NCBI GenBank assembly: GCA_045601405.1
Contig: JAZRZO010000053.1
Location: 41,545-73,544 of the forward strand
Length of the DNA stretch: 32,000 nucleotides
From: Lachnospiraceae bacterium
Lineage (GTDB): Bacteria > Bacillota > Clostridia > Lachnospirales > Lachnospiraceae
Direction: 5' to 3'
Below, one piece after another: positions 1 to 9,517 of the stretch (position 1 is its first letter; the number at the start of each line of letters is the position of its first letter). The notes beneath the pieces are model-generated. The model worked only from the letters and a program-made list of their open reading frames with translations. It made no database searches and was not told the DNA's origin. The translations under genes were made by a program, and so were the position numbers.

Positions 1-1587
1 GAGAGACTTGCTCATCTTTCTTCCCTGATCATCCCTTACAAGACCGGTAAAAAGCACTGTGTCAAACGGCTTTTTACCCATGTGTTCATATCCGGAAAAT
101 ATCATCCTTATGACCCAGAAGAAGATGATGTCATACCCGGTTATCAAAAGATCAGTGGGATAAAAATATTCCAGATCCCCTGTCTTCTCCGGCCAGCCCA
201 GAGTTGAAAATGGCCACAGCGCCGATGAGAACCAGGTATCCAGACAATCTTCATCCTGAGTAAAGCCGGTGCAGCCGCACGCATCACACTTTTCAGGCAC
301 GGTTTTGGCTACGATCATCTTTCCGCATCCGTTACAGTAGTACGCCGGTATACGGTGCCCCCACCACAGCTGTCTGGATATGCACCAGTCTCTGATGTTG
401 TCCGTCCAGTTATGATAGAGCTTGCTCATCCTTGACGGTATCAGACGTACTTCGTTTTCATCCACAGCCTTTATGGCAGGCTTTATAAGCTCGTCCATCT
501 TCACGAACCACTGTTCCTTTATCATGGGTTCTATCACGGCGGAGCACCTGTCATGATGTCCCACTGCGTGTTCATGGTCTTTTATTCCGGCAAGAAGACC
601 CAGACTTTCAAGATCCTCAACCACACTCTTTCTTGCCTGCTCCGTGCTCATTCCCTGATATCTGCCGCCGTTTTCATTTATAGTCCCGTCATCATTGAAA
701 ACGCATATCTCTTCCAGAGAATGACGCTTTCCTATCTCGAAATCGTTAGGGTCATGCGCGGGCGTAACCTTCATTGCTCCCGTTCCGACCTCCATGTCGA
801 TATAATCATCTGCAAGTACCGGTATCCTTCTGTCCATCAGGGGAAGAATGCAGGTTTTGCCGATGAACCTGCGGTAGCGCTCATCATCCGGATGAACTAC
901 AACTGCCGTATCTCCCAGCATAGTCTCCGGCCTCGTCGTCGCTATCTCGATAAATTCATCCGTCCCTTCAACAGGATATTTAATATTCCAGAACCTGCCG
1001 CTTACATCAATGTGTTCCACCTCAGCGTCACTCACCGACGTCATGCACCTGGGACACCAGTTTATTATCTTGGTTCCTTTATAGATCAGGCCTTTTTCAT
1101 ACAGCTTTACAAAAACCTCCAGAACAGCATCAGATACACCTTTGTCCATTGTAAAGCGTTCTCTGTCCCAGTCCGCGCTGCTGCCCAGCTTCTTAAGCTG
1201 GTTCACTATCCGGTCTCCGTATTCCTCCTTCCATTGCCACGCTCGCTCAAGAAAGCCCTCTCTCCCCAAGTCCTCTTTATGTATGCCTTCTTTTTTTAGT
1301 TCTTCAATGATCTTTACCTCAGTCGCTATCGACGCATGGTCGCAGCCCGGCTGCCACAGCGCGTTAAAGCCCTGCATCCTCTTCTGCCTTATCACTATAT
1401 CCTGCAGAGTATTGTTAAGAGCATGCCCCATATGAAGCTGTCCGGTGATATTAGGCGGCGGCATGATGATGGTAAATGGCTTTTTACCCTCATCCGGCTC
1501 GGCATGAAAATATTTATTTTCTACCCAGTCATCATAGATGCGCTGCTCAATACTCTTTGGATCATATGTCTTAGCTAATTCTTTCAT
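1..1587 (-). CDS. valS: Valine--tRNA ligase, N-terminal 529 codons; the 3' end lies beyond the window start
   Basis: Absent from the ORF track because it has no stop inside the window. Minus-strand translation from ATG 1587-1585 reads [90 protein letters not shown]... The class I HIGH motif (HMGH) is present, and KMSKS lies in the same frame at nt 18-4 (..[10 protein letters not shown]). Plus-strand ORFs 553-1578 are its antisense shadows. Confidence 0.95.
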   Translation of the reverse strand, partial: MKELAKTYDPKSIEQRIYDDWVENKYFHAEPDEGKKPFTIIMPPPNITGQLHMGHALNNTLQDIVIRQKRMQGFNALWQPGCDHASIATEVKIIEELKKEGIHKEDLGREGFLERAWQWKEEYGDRIVNQLKKLGSSADWDRERFTMDKGVSDAVLEVFVKLYEKGLIYKGTKIINWCPRCMTSVSDAEVEHIDVSGRFWNIKYPVEGTDEFIEIATTRPETMLGDTAVVVHPDDERYRRFIGKTCILPLMDRRIPVLADDYIDMEVGTGAMKVTPAHDPNDFEIGKRHSLEEICVFNDDGTINENGGRYQGMSTEQARKSVVEDLESLGLLAGIKDHEHAVGHHDRCSAVIEPMIKEQWFVKMDELIKPAIKAVDENEVRLIPSRMSKLYHNWTDNIRDWCISRQLWWGHRIPAYYCNGCGKMIVAKTVPEKCDACGCTGFTQDEDCLDTWFSSALWPFSTLGWPEKTGDLEYFYPTDLLITGYDIIFFWVIRMIFSGYEHMGKKPFDTVLFTGLVRDDQGRKMSKSL

Positions 1588-2374
1588 AGTAACTTTCTTT
1601 CCACCCGTTTATTATCTTTTCACTGTTTATACCATTTTCAAAATCATATATAAAACTTACGGTTTCCTCGTCCGTTTCTATATCTCTTTTCAGGGCAGCC
1701 ACTCTTGCTTTTACGCCCTCAAGCGCTTCATCCGAAATGCCGTACCTTCTGATAGTATCAAGCAGTTCCTCTTCATCATCACTGACAACAGACATATAAA
1801 GACATGCTTTTATGTATACCGGATCCGGGTACAGCTCGTACGCCTTTGCGAAAAAGGCGTTCGCATTTTTGCTCATGAACAGCCCGGCATATATAACACC
1901 TATCGCATATGCCGCCTTCGCGTAGAACGCCTCGCTCATCTCCTTCCGTTCCGCCTCTTTCAGTATCCCCAGATATATCCTGAGAGCACTGTCATACCTG
2001 CCCCTCTTATAATATCCGTCTGCCTCTATCTTCCGTCTCTCCACATCGCTCATCACGTCTATGTTCATAACATAAGCCGCAACCACACTGAGCTCCGACC
2101 GGCTGTAATAACCGCTTTCCATAAGTATGAAACGTACCAGATTCTTTATTTCGGCCTTTTCCTCACTGAGCTTCCTCAATCCGTCTGCTATATCCTTCCG
2201 CCCAATCTCATTATCGATATAGTCGAAAAGCTCATTGCTAAAAAATTCCCTGTATACCAGATTGATATGGTTGAAGATAAAATAATTTATCTCCTCCAGA
2301 GAATATACCTCTGTTTTTATCTCTTCGATATAATATGGTTTTTTTGCCATCGGCGAGGCAGTGTGCAGTGCCAT
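1571..2374 (-). CDS. Hypothetical protein, 267 aa, TPR-like helical repeats in the C-terminal half
   Basis: ATG 2374 is preceded by GGAGAAGG about 10 nt upstream. The stop TAA 1573-1571 lies 17 nt inside valS (ATGAAAGAATTAGCTAA). TPR-like helix pairs: [55 protein letters not shown]. No catalytic motif recognised. Confidence 0.75.
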   Translation of the reverse strand: MALHTASPMAKKPYYIEEIKTEVYSLEEINYFIFNHINLVYREFFSNELFDYIDNEIGRKDIADGLRKLSEEKAEIKNLVRFILMESGYYSRSELSVVAAYVMNIDVMSDVERRKIEADGYYKRGRYDSALRIYLGILKEAERKEMSEAFYAKAAYAIGVIYAGLFMSKNANAFFAKAYELYPDPVYIKACLYMSVVSDDEEELLDTIRRYGISDEALEGVKARVAALKRDIETDEETVSFIYDFENGINSEKIINGWKESYYERIS

Positions 2375-2392
2375 TTCCTTTTATCCTTCTCC

Positions 2393-3667
2393 TTAAATGT
2401 AGCCCTTAAGATCCAGCTTTTCGCTCACCACAGCTCCGCTCGGTTCAAAGAAACCTCCAAAGCCCAGATCCTTCACGCTTACCGTACATTCATATTCATT
2501 TTCAAATTCGATCGCAAGCTCAACTCTTGTTGCCTTCCTCGGTCTTTTGGGAAAATCCGACAGATCGATATCTGTTATCCCCGTCTGTTTTTCTATCAAA
2601 GATGTGATGTGCAGCCTTATCCTTTCCGGCTCATCCAGGATGAACTCTCTCCGGCAGCCTGCCTCAAACCAGTCCTTTGGCGCAACTGACAGTTCGACCA
2701 GCTTTTTCTCTCCTCTGTCTTCAGCCTCTGCCGATATTGTGCACCTTGTGCGCCCGGCACAGATTATGCGATAATCCCTGCCTCCCGCGGCAGCCTTTAT
2801 AAGGCCGCAGCGGCATGCGCCCTTGGCGTAGATGTTGTTTCCCTTAAAAGCTCTCTTGCTCTCCGAAACAAGGGCAAGAGTCTTTTTAAACCACATATTC
2901 TGAAAGCCCTCACCCGTAAAATATACGCTCGATATCCTTGTGTCGGCGACTATTTCCGCAAAAAGAGCGGAAAGCCTCTCATCCATCTGGTCCATGAGTA
3001 CCTCATTCCCAAGGTTTTCCATGGAGAATTCCCCGGAATGCATACTTTCACTTATATATATGGGGGACAAAGGCTTGTTTCCTGTCACGGTAAGGATCTT
3101 TTCATAAAAACCGTCTCTGTTAAAATCAAAAAGCAGAACTCCCTTTTCCCATATTGCCGGATCCTCACCGAGCACGTAGTACGCAAAGCTCTCTGCGCAG
3201 GTTACAAGCTTTACCTTTTCCGCCGGGATGCGGAGCATCCTGAACACCTCATCCATCGCCCCTCTTATCTCGGGAGTAACGCGTCTGAAGTTCATCGTTA
3301 TATTCTCAACGCCCATTATGGAGGTTGCTGTCTGAGTGTATTCGATCATCTTTGCTATAAATATAGCGAAGAGCTGAGTGTAGGTATATTCCTGTCCGCC
3401 CGCGGTGCACTTTTCTCCTATGAACACATTTTCAAGGAGATCCTGGAAAAGGTAGTCCCCCTGCTCCCTGGCGTAGTCAATGGCACTCTGCCCTATCAGC
3501 CAGTCCTTTTCAGCTTCGTTATAGCTGATGGCAACAGGGATGAGATATCTTATCGCGTCTTTCCCGAAGGCCATTGACTCCGGCCGTCCGTGCCGCCTGG
3601 AGTAACAGCTTACCTGACAATATTCACCTGTATAATCGATCCCGATTATCAATCCTCTTTTTTCCAT
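2393..3667 (-). CDS. Divergent Hsp70/actin-fold (ASKHA) protein, 424 aa, with a short DnaK-like beta-domain tail
   Basis: By-eye motif matches to the Hsp70 nucleotide-binding domain: IIGIDYTGEYCQVS (cf GIDLGTTNSCVAV), VTCAESFAYYVLG (cf INEPTAAALAYG), VLLFDFNRDGFYEKIL (cf VLVFDLGGGTFDVSIL), VYFTGEGF (cf VLLVGGSTRIP). The C-terminal FPKRPRKATRVELAIEFENEYECTVSVKD resembles DnaK [27 protein letters not shown]. ATG 3667-3665 sits 1 nt after the upstream stop (3671-3669). Confidence 0.8.
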   Translation of the reverse strand: MEKRGLIIGIDYTGEYCQVSCYSRRHGRPESMAFGKDAIRYLIPVAISYNEAEKDWLIGQSAIDYAREQGDYLFQDLLENVFIGEKCTAGGQEYTYTQLFAIFIAKMIEYTQTATSIMGVENITMNFRRVTPEIRGAMDEVFRMLRIPAEKVKLVTCAESFAYYVLGEDPAIWEKGVLLFDFNRDGFYEKILTVTGNKPLSPIYISESMHSGEFSMENLGNEVLMDQMDERLSALFAEIVADTRISSVYFTGEGFQNMWFKKTLALVSESKRAFKGNNIYAKGACRCGLIKAAAGGRDYRIICAGRTRCTISAEAEDRGEKKLVELSVAPKDWFEAGCRREFILDEPERIRLHITSLIEKQTGITDIDLSDFPKRPRKATRVELAIEFENEYECTVSVKDLGFGGFFEPSGAVVSEKLDLKGYI

Positions 3668-3668
3668 C

Positions 3669-6600
3669 TTACGAGAATATTCTTTCTATAAGCCTGTCCT
3701 TAATAAAATATTCCTTTGCCGCCAGATTAAGGGCCACGGCGTTCCCCGTCTCGCTCATCTCTACTATATTGTTCAGCTGACTGTATCTGGAGCCGTCGTG
3801 GATTATGCCGAGCTCATCATAGGACGCCCCCTTTATCTCACCGCCATCCACGCTGTATGTAACGCTTTCGCCATAGAAAAGAGTGATGTACTTTGTATAG
3901 CAGCCTTCAAACACCTCCGTAAGCATTTCCTCCTTGAGCACCGCACCTTTGGATGTATGTATCTCAAACGCGATGGATGCCGGCCCTTTAAAGCTTGAGA
4001 TTATCACGGAATTGGAAAGCGCCGCCGGGAGCGGGAAATACTTCCTGTACCTTTTAAACTCCTCCAGCATTATCCCGGATGCCACCAGCTCCTTAATGTT
4101 ATGTTCAACCATTCTCATCCGGTTCACGCCGGATATATCACGCTCTGATTTATACTTAAGGTAAGCCGCCCTGGAAACAATGCTGAGCTGCTCATTTCCG
4201 AGGAGCGCTTTTTCTATATAATTGAAGAATTCTGTATCCTTTTCATTGTCTCCTCTCAGATATAACCCGGCTCTGTAGGTCATATAGTCTTTTTTAAGCT
4301 GCTCATCACCGCCCTCAGTATAATAGCTTGAGAATATCTGTGAGATCACGGGCTCGTCCATACCGGTCTCTATCGCCCTTCTTAATATCGTTTCGGGGAT
4401 ATTTCCGTGATCGGCTCCGAATGCCCTTCCGACCCTGTACAGCTCCAGCAGAACAGCTATGTCCTCATCATAATTATCCACCAGGAATTTATAGACAGCG
4501 CCTGTTCGCGGATCATCCATAAAGCTTTTTACGCACATATCCATCAGCAGACCGTCGCTGTTGAAATTACTGAGTCCGCACAACGCTTCGCACAGTCTTC
4601 CGAGATTCGCGCTGTCTACGTATTCTATGCCCTCTTCCCGGATCTTTTTATATGCGTCCCTGTATAGCTTCTGCTCTATCATTATGCTGATAAGCTTTCC
4701 TTTGGTCGCGCTCTCCAGGTCATATTTGAAAAATTCCATAAGATCTTCATATACGCCGCCCCGGCCTATATTCCGTGAAAAGTAAAGGACAGTATCATTC
4801 ATGAGCTTTTTAACATAGCCTGGTCTGAAAGCGGAGGTGCTCATCTTTGTAGTCATGTATTCAAGTATCTCCGCCGGGTCCTTATAGCCTCGGAGGAAAG
4901 GCATGGTATCACCCATAAGCATGTAATCGCTTATGGGAACTCCCTTTACACATACATCTATATACTCGTCGCTTTTTATAAGTTCTGTTTTTTCATATTC
5001 TATATTGGCATAGATGTTTCCGGTTATGTCTTTAAAGAGGATCACCGCGTCGTGTGAATATATCTTGACCCTTGCCCCTTTGTTCTTAAGAGGAATATCC
5101 TGATATACATTAAGCTCGTCATGAAACACCATGACATTTCTCATTTTTTCGTTATGGCATTTTATTTCCTTTGTGGAGATAACGTCGAAAAATCTTTTTT
5201 TCATTTCCGGCGTAAAGCTGTCCGATGCCACCATATCCATATATATAACGGCAAGATCATGGTCGATCGCGCCTGCCATCAGCTGCCTTGCTCCGTACTC
5301 ATTAAAAGCCTTTTCGTATGCTCTGTAGAATTCCGGCCGCTTCTGCCTGTTGTAAATGATATTGGCAAAAAAATACCTTCTGTGATCAAGCAGCACATCC
5401 ACATTTACTGTAAAATATTCCATTATCCTTACAGGAAGCGCTTCATAGCTGTTTTTATCTATAGTATAGATGTAATAGAAAAATATACCCGGAATGTCGT
5501 CCAGGTATTCCTTTACCGCCGCGTCGTAGTACGCGCCCGCCTCCGCGCTCCTGTCATCCGTAAATATCAGCACCCTGCAGATTATCCTGAGAAGGTCTCT
5601 TGTGGGGTATTTTCTATACATATATCTGAGCACATTCAGTGAAAGAGGGATGTTTCTCTCCTTAAGGTCATCCTCTGTCATCAGCTTAAATATCTCCGTG
5701 ACCCTTGAGCTCATGGTGGGACTGAAATAGTCCATCTTTGCCCCGAGGTTCAGGACTTTTATCTCAAATTCATCAGCATCCGACAAAAACCTCGGATACT
5801 GCCTGAATATATCCAGCGCCTCTAACAGCATTAGTGAGCTTGTGCATCCGGCATCCAGCTCCGCCGATATATCATCCAGCTTAAGCCCCGGAGACTCGTC
5901 ATAGTTTGGGTCCAGCTGAAAAAGCATCCAAAGGATCTGCCACGACGGATGAAGCTGATATTCAGACCTCAAGAGGCTTACAAACTCATCTGTTTTGCTG
6001 CTGTCTCCGTCCGCCAGGGTTTTTACAAAGCTGCAGTAATATTCAAGAACCCTGTCCGCCTCAAGCCTCGGAAGCAGGTCTGAAACATATTCCAGGATGT
6101 TATCCGCCTCCTCCAGCAGGCCTATCTCGATATAAAGCTGAGCCTTGAAAAGCATAAGGAAAACGGATTTATCATCCACCCCGTTGACCTCGCCTATTAT
6201 CTTCAGGGACCGCTGCGCCCACTGCACAGAATCCGTAAGTCCTTTGCGGAACGCAAAGTACACTTTGGTCAGCTCTATGTATTTTTTTCTGGGATTGTGA
6301 TCATCCAGAGTTGTGTTTAATCTCAAATCCACGGTAACAGGCACTGTTATCTCCTGATACGCGGTCCCAAAGGTTATCTTTCCGAAGTTCTTTCCTCTGT
6401 GGAGCTTGTTTTCCAGTATGTTTATCTGAAAGTCGTAGCTTCCCGCAGGAAAAATATCGGATGAGATCACCCTTCTTGAAAGAGAGATGAATTCATCTGC
6501 GGTATATGCTTCTATTTCCATATATCCGTCTTTGGCTATCGCAAGATGGATTACCTCCTGCGTGTCGGCTGTTATATCCGAAAGCTCTATGCTTTCCGGA

Positions 6601-6710
6601 TATACGGCAAAAGCGGCCGGCTCTTTTTTTCCCAGAGCCACCATATATTCTTCTCTTGCTATATTTTTATTTCTGCCTATCATTAAGGCTGATTGAAGCA
6701 GATCTGACAT
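3669..6710 (-). CDS. Large hypothetical protein, 1013 aa; beta-rich N- and C-terminal domains flanking a long alpha-helical repeat region
   Basis: Uninterrupted 3-kb ORF. ATG 6710 lies 6 nt after the rarA stop, with GAGGGGG about 12 nt upstream. The N-terminal ~130 aa look like a beta-sandwich (AFAVYPESIELSD...YQEITVPVTVD). The middle ~750 aa are helical/TPR-like. The C-terminal ~110 aa are beta-rich. No Walker, HExxH, CxxC or other catalytic motif seen. Confidence 0.85.
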   Translation of the reverse strand: MSDLLQSALMIGRNKNIAREEYMVALGKKEPAAFAVYPESIELSDITADTQEVIHLAIAKDGYMEIEAYTADEFISLSRRVISSDIFPAGSYDFQINILENKLHRGKNFGKITFGTAYQEITVPVTVDLRLNTTLDDHNPRKKYIELTKVYFAFRKGLTDSVQWAQRSLKIIGEVNGVDDKSVFLMLFKAQLYIEIGLLEEADNILEYVSDLLPRLEADRVLEYYCSFVKTLADGDSSKTDEFVSLLRSEYQLHPSWQILWMLFQLDPNYDESPGLKLDDISAELDAGCTSSLMLLEALDIFRQYPRFLSDADEFEIKVLNLGAKMDYFSPTMSSRVTEIFKLMTEDDLKERNIPLSLNVLRYMYRKYPTRDLLRIICRVLIFTDDRSAEAGAYYDAAVKEYLDDIPGIFFYYIYTIDKNSYEALPVRIMEYFTVNVDVLLDHRRYFFANIIYNRQKRPEFYRAYEKAFNEYGARQLMAGAIDHDLAVIYMDMVASDSFTPEMKKRFFDVISTKEIKCHNEKMRNVMVFHDELNVYQDIPLKNKGARVKIYSHDAVILFKDITGNIYANIEYEKTELIKSDEYIDVCVKGVPISDYMLMGDTMPFLRGYKDPAEILEYMTTKMSTSAFRPGYVKKLMNDTVLYFSRNIGRGGVYEDLMEFFKYDLESATKGKLISIMIEQKLYRDAYKKIREEGIEYVDSANLGRLCEALCGLSNFNSDGLLMDMCVKSFMDDPRTGAVYKFLVDNYDEDIAVLLELYRVGRAFGADHGNIPETILRRAIETGMDEPVISQIFSSYYTEGGDEQLKKDYMTYRAGLYLRGDNEKDTEFFNYIEKALLGNEQLSIVSRAAYLKYKSERDISGVNRMRMVEHNIKELVASGIMLEEFKRYRKYFPLPAALSNSVIISSFKGPASIAFEIHTSKGAVLKEEMLTEVFEGCYTKYITLFYGESVTYSVDGGEIKGASYDELGIIHDGSRYSQLNNIVEMSETGNAVALNLAAKEYFIKDRLIERIFS

Positions 6711-6716
6711 TATGTC

Positions 6717-8057
6717 TTATTTGCCCCCTCTGTTTTTTAGTCTTAAAAGCCGGTCCTTCATGGTCTTTTCATAGCCCAGATCTCCGGGCTCATAAAACAT
6801 TTCGTCCCTGATCTCGTCCGGAAGATACTGCTGCTCAACATAGTGCTCCGGAAAGTCATGGGCGTATTTATATCCCTTTCCCCTGTTAAGCTCTTTTGCT
6901 CCCGGATAGTGCGCGTCCTGAAGATGGGGCGGCACTGTTTTTATATCTGTATTCCTGACCACATCCATTGCCTTGTCTATGGCCATTACCGCCGAATTGC
7001 TTTTCGGGGCTCCGCATATATAAAGGACTGCCTCGGCCAGTATTATCCTTGCTTCCGGCATACCTGTGACATGTACAGCCTGCTGAGCGGCAACCGCCAC
7101 CTGCAGCGCTCGCGGATCCGCACAGCCCACATCCTCAGCAGCGCATATCATTATCCTTCTGGCAATAAAATTAACATCCTCACCCGCGTACAGCATCTTT
7201 GCCAGATAATATATTGCCGCGTCCGCATCGCTCCCTCTCATGCTCTTTATAAAAGCGGATATCGTATCGTAGTGATTGTCGCCGTTTTTGTCATAGTGTA
7301 CATTCTTTTTCTGTACGCACTGCTCTATCACCTCTGTTGTAAGGCGGATGACCGGGCGCCCGTCCTTGTCCTTAGCTGCCTCTGTCGTCATTACCGCAAG
7401 CTCCACGGCATTGAGCGCTATCCTTGCGTCACCTCCGGCAAGATCGCTCAAAAAATCCAGTGCGTCGTCATCCATTACCGCACCATATGAGCCCATGCCA
7501 CGTTCCTTATCCGTAAGGGCTCTGACTATTATCTTTTTTATATCCTCCCTGTCAAGGGGTTTAAGCTCAAATATGGTAGATCGGCTGATAAGAGCCGGAT
7601 TCACCTCAAAATAGGGGTTTTCCGTTGTGGCCCCTATGAGTATCACCGTACCGTCCTCAACAAAAGGCAGCAGATAATCCTGCTGAGCCTTGTTGAACCT
7701 GTGTATCTCGTCGATGAACAGTATGGTTCTGCGGCCGTAAGCCCCTCTTGTCACCTTTGCCTGCTCAACAATGTTCACCATATCCTTTTTCCCCGATATG
7801 GTCGCGTTTATCTGTTTAAACTCAGCCGCTGTCGTGTTGGCTATTACCCTTGCAAGCGTGGTCTTTCCGGTGCCGCTCGGCCCGTAAAAAATGACGGATG
7901 AAAGCTTGTCTGCCATAATGGAGCGGTAGAGATGACTGCCCTCCTTAAGGATATGCTTCTGTCCTTCAAACTCGTCGAGCGTCTCCGGCCTGAGTCTGGA
8001 TGCAAGCGGAGCCTCTTGTTTTATCTTATTTTTATGCGCGTACTCAAACAGGTCCAC
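6717..8057 (-). CDS. rarA: Replication-associated recombination protein A (AAA+ ATPase RarA/MgsA)
   Basis: 446 aa. Walker A GPSGTGKTT, Walker B LFIDEIHRFNKAQQD, MgsA-type C-terminal domain (HYDTISAFIKSMRGSDADAAIYYLAKML). The start is GTG 8057-8055, 2 nt after the citrate synthase stop TAG 8062-8060. Confidence 0.93.
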   Translation of the reverse strand: MDLFEYAHKNKIKQEAPLASRLRPETLDEFEGQKHILKEGSHLYRSIMADKLSSVIFYGPSGTGKTTLARVIANTTAAEFKQINATISGKKDMVNIVEQAKVTRGAYGRRTILFIDEIHRFNKAQQDYLLPFVEDGTVILIGATTENPYFEVNPALISRSTIFELKPLDREDIKKIIVRALTDKERGMGSYGAVMDDDALDFLSDLAGGDARIALNAVELAVMTTEAAKDKDGRPVIRLTTEVIEQCVQKKNVHYDKNGDNHYDTISAFIKSMRGSDADAAIYYLAKMLYAGEDVNFIARRIMICAAEDVGCADPRALQVAVAAQQAVHVTGMPEARIILAEAVLYICGAPKSNSAVMAIDKAMDVVRNTDIKTVPPHLQDAHYPGAKELNRGKGYKYAHDFPEHYVEQQYLPDEIRDEMFYEPGDLGYEKTMKDRLLRLKNRGGK

Positions 8058-8059
8058 TT

Positions 8060-9439
8060 CTATCTTTTACTTATCGGAACATACTTTTGGTGTTTAACAA
8101 CATTTTTATAAGCCGGACGTATTATCTTGTTCCCGGATGTAAGCTCCTCTATCCTGTGAGCCGACCAGCCCGCCATCCTTGATATGGCAAAAAGCGGCGT
8201 GAACAGCTCCTCCGGAAGACCCAAAAGCCTGTAAACAAAGCCGGAATAAAAGTCCACATTCACAGAGATATTTTCCCTGTACATGTACCGGTTGCCCGTG
8301 ATGACCTCCGGGGCGATATTTTCCACCCTTTCGTAGAAGGCGAATTCGTCCATTGCGCCCTTCTTTTCTGCAAGCGTCTTGGCGAACCGTTTAAGCAGAA
8401 CAGCCCTCGGGTCGGATATTGAATAAACCGCATGGCCGACTCCGTATATCAGCTTCTGCCTGTCGTATGCCCTGCCCTTAAGTATCTTTTCAAGCTGCTT
8501 TCTTATCTGTTCGTCGTCCGTGATGTCACTTACATTCTTTTTGATGTTGTCCATCATCCCCACGACCTTAATGTTCGCCCCGCCGTGCCTCGGCCCCTTA
8601 AGTGAACCAAGTGACGCCGCCATAGCGGAATATGTGTCGGTAAGTGTTGATGTCACCACCCTGTTCGTGAAGGTGGAGTTATTACCGCCGCCGTGATCCG
8701 CGTGAAGGATCAGGCACAGATCCAGCACCATCGCCTCTAATTTTGTGAAGCTGCTGTCGTCCCTTAAAAGGTGAAGAATTGTTTCTGCCGTTCCCATCTC
8801 TTCGGACGGCTGATGTATCACAAGGCTTCCGCCCTCTTTATAATGTTTAAAGGCCTGATATCCGTAAACAGTGAGCAGGGGCATTACCGATATAAGCTGC
8901 ACGCACTGCCTAAGCACATTGTCTATTGAAACATCATCCGCCTTGCTGTCATATGGATATAGCGTAAGTATGCTCCGGGAAAGAGTATTCATCATCTCTT
9001 TGCTGGGAGCCTTCATTATCACGTCCCTTACAAAGTTTGTGGGCAGGCTTCTGTATGATGAAAGAACCTGTGTAAATTCCTTCAGCGCTGCGCGCTTCGG
9101 CAGTTCTCCGAAAATGAGCAGATATGCCGTTTCCTCAAACCCGTACCTTTGCTCCTTCGCGATAGCCTTTACCAGATCCTCAACATTATATCCCCTGTAA
9201 TAAAGTTTTCCGGGACACGGTACTATCTCATCATCATCGATGGTATAGGACTTTACTTCCGCTATATTTGTAAGGCCGGTGAGCACGCCCTTTCCGGTAA
9301 GGTCTCTGAGTCCTCTTTTAACATTGTATTTACTGTAGAGTCCGGTATCTATCTTATTATTTGTCGCGCAAAGCTGCGCCAGCTTTTTTATCTCCGGAGT
9401 TGTATCCGAATAGATGTTTACTTCCTTTTTCTTCGTCAT
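8060..9439 (-). CDS. Citrate synthase
   Basis: 459 aa. Citrate synthase signatures LILHADHGGGNNSTF, GPRHGGAN, GVGHAVYSISDPRA, NVDFYSG. SD AAAGGAG lies 5 nt upstream of ATG 9439. Confidence 0.9.
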   Translation of the reverse strand: MTKKKEVNIYSDTTPEIKKLAQLCATNNKIDTGLYSKYNVKRGLRDLTGKGVLTGLTNIAEVKSYTIDDDEIVPCPGKLYYRGYNVEDLVKAIAKEQRYGFEETAYLLIFGELPKRAALKEFTQVLSSYRSLPTNFVRDVIMKAPSKEMMNTLSRSILTLYPYDSKADDVSIDNVLRQCVQLISVMPLLTVYGYQAFKHYKEGGSLVIHQPSEEMGTAETILHLLRDDSSFTKLEAMVLDLCLILHADHGGGNNSTFTNRVVTSTLTDTYSAMAASLGSLKGPRHGGANIKVVGMMDNIKKNVSDITDDEQIRKQLEKILKGRAYDRQKLIYGVGHAVYSISDPRAVLLKRFAKTLAEKKGAMDEFAFYERVENIAPEVITGNRYMYRENISVNVDFYSGFVYRLLGLPEELFTPLFAISRMAGWSAHRIEELTSGNKIIRPAYKNVVKHQKYVPISKR

Positions 9440-9488
9440 CTACACTCCTTTCATTATCATTTTCATGTCTGAAAACAGGCAAATTTAA

Positions 9489-9517
9489 ATGGTAAATGAT
9501 TGAAAATATTTTGTCAA
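9489..9517 (-). promoter_or_regulatory. Candidate sigma-A promoter for the citrate synthase-to-valS string
   Basis: Minus strand: TTGACA (9517-9512), 17 nt spacer, TACCAT (9494-9489), about 45 nt upstream of ATG 9439. This is the only promoter-like signal I see upstream of the 9.4-kb gene string. Confidence 0.4.

Noticed and set aside
1601-1606. GGGTGG on the minus strand just upstream of valS as a possible T-box core
   Set aside because: It is not followed by TACCGCG, there is no specifier-loop or antiterminator architecture, and the sequence is in-frame coding (..INGWKES..) for the 267-aa ORF.
553-2689. Plus-strand ORFs 553-1299, 1142-1435, 1336-1578 and 1538-2689 (up to 383 aa)
   Set aside because: They lie entirely antisense to valS (clear HIGH/KMSKS-containing frame) and to the 267-aa gene. 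Their composition is odd (rich in F/I/L/Y/C/R/H), they have no SD, and they show no recognisable motifs. They are shadow ORFs.
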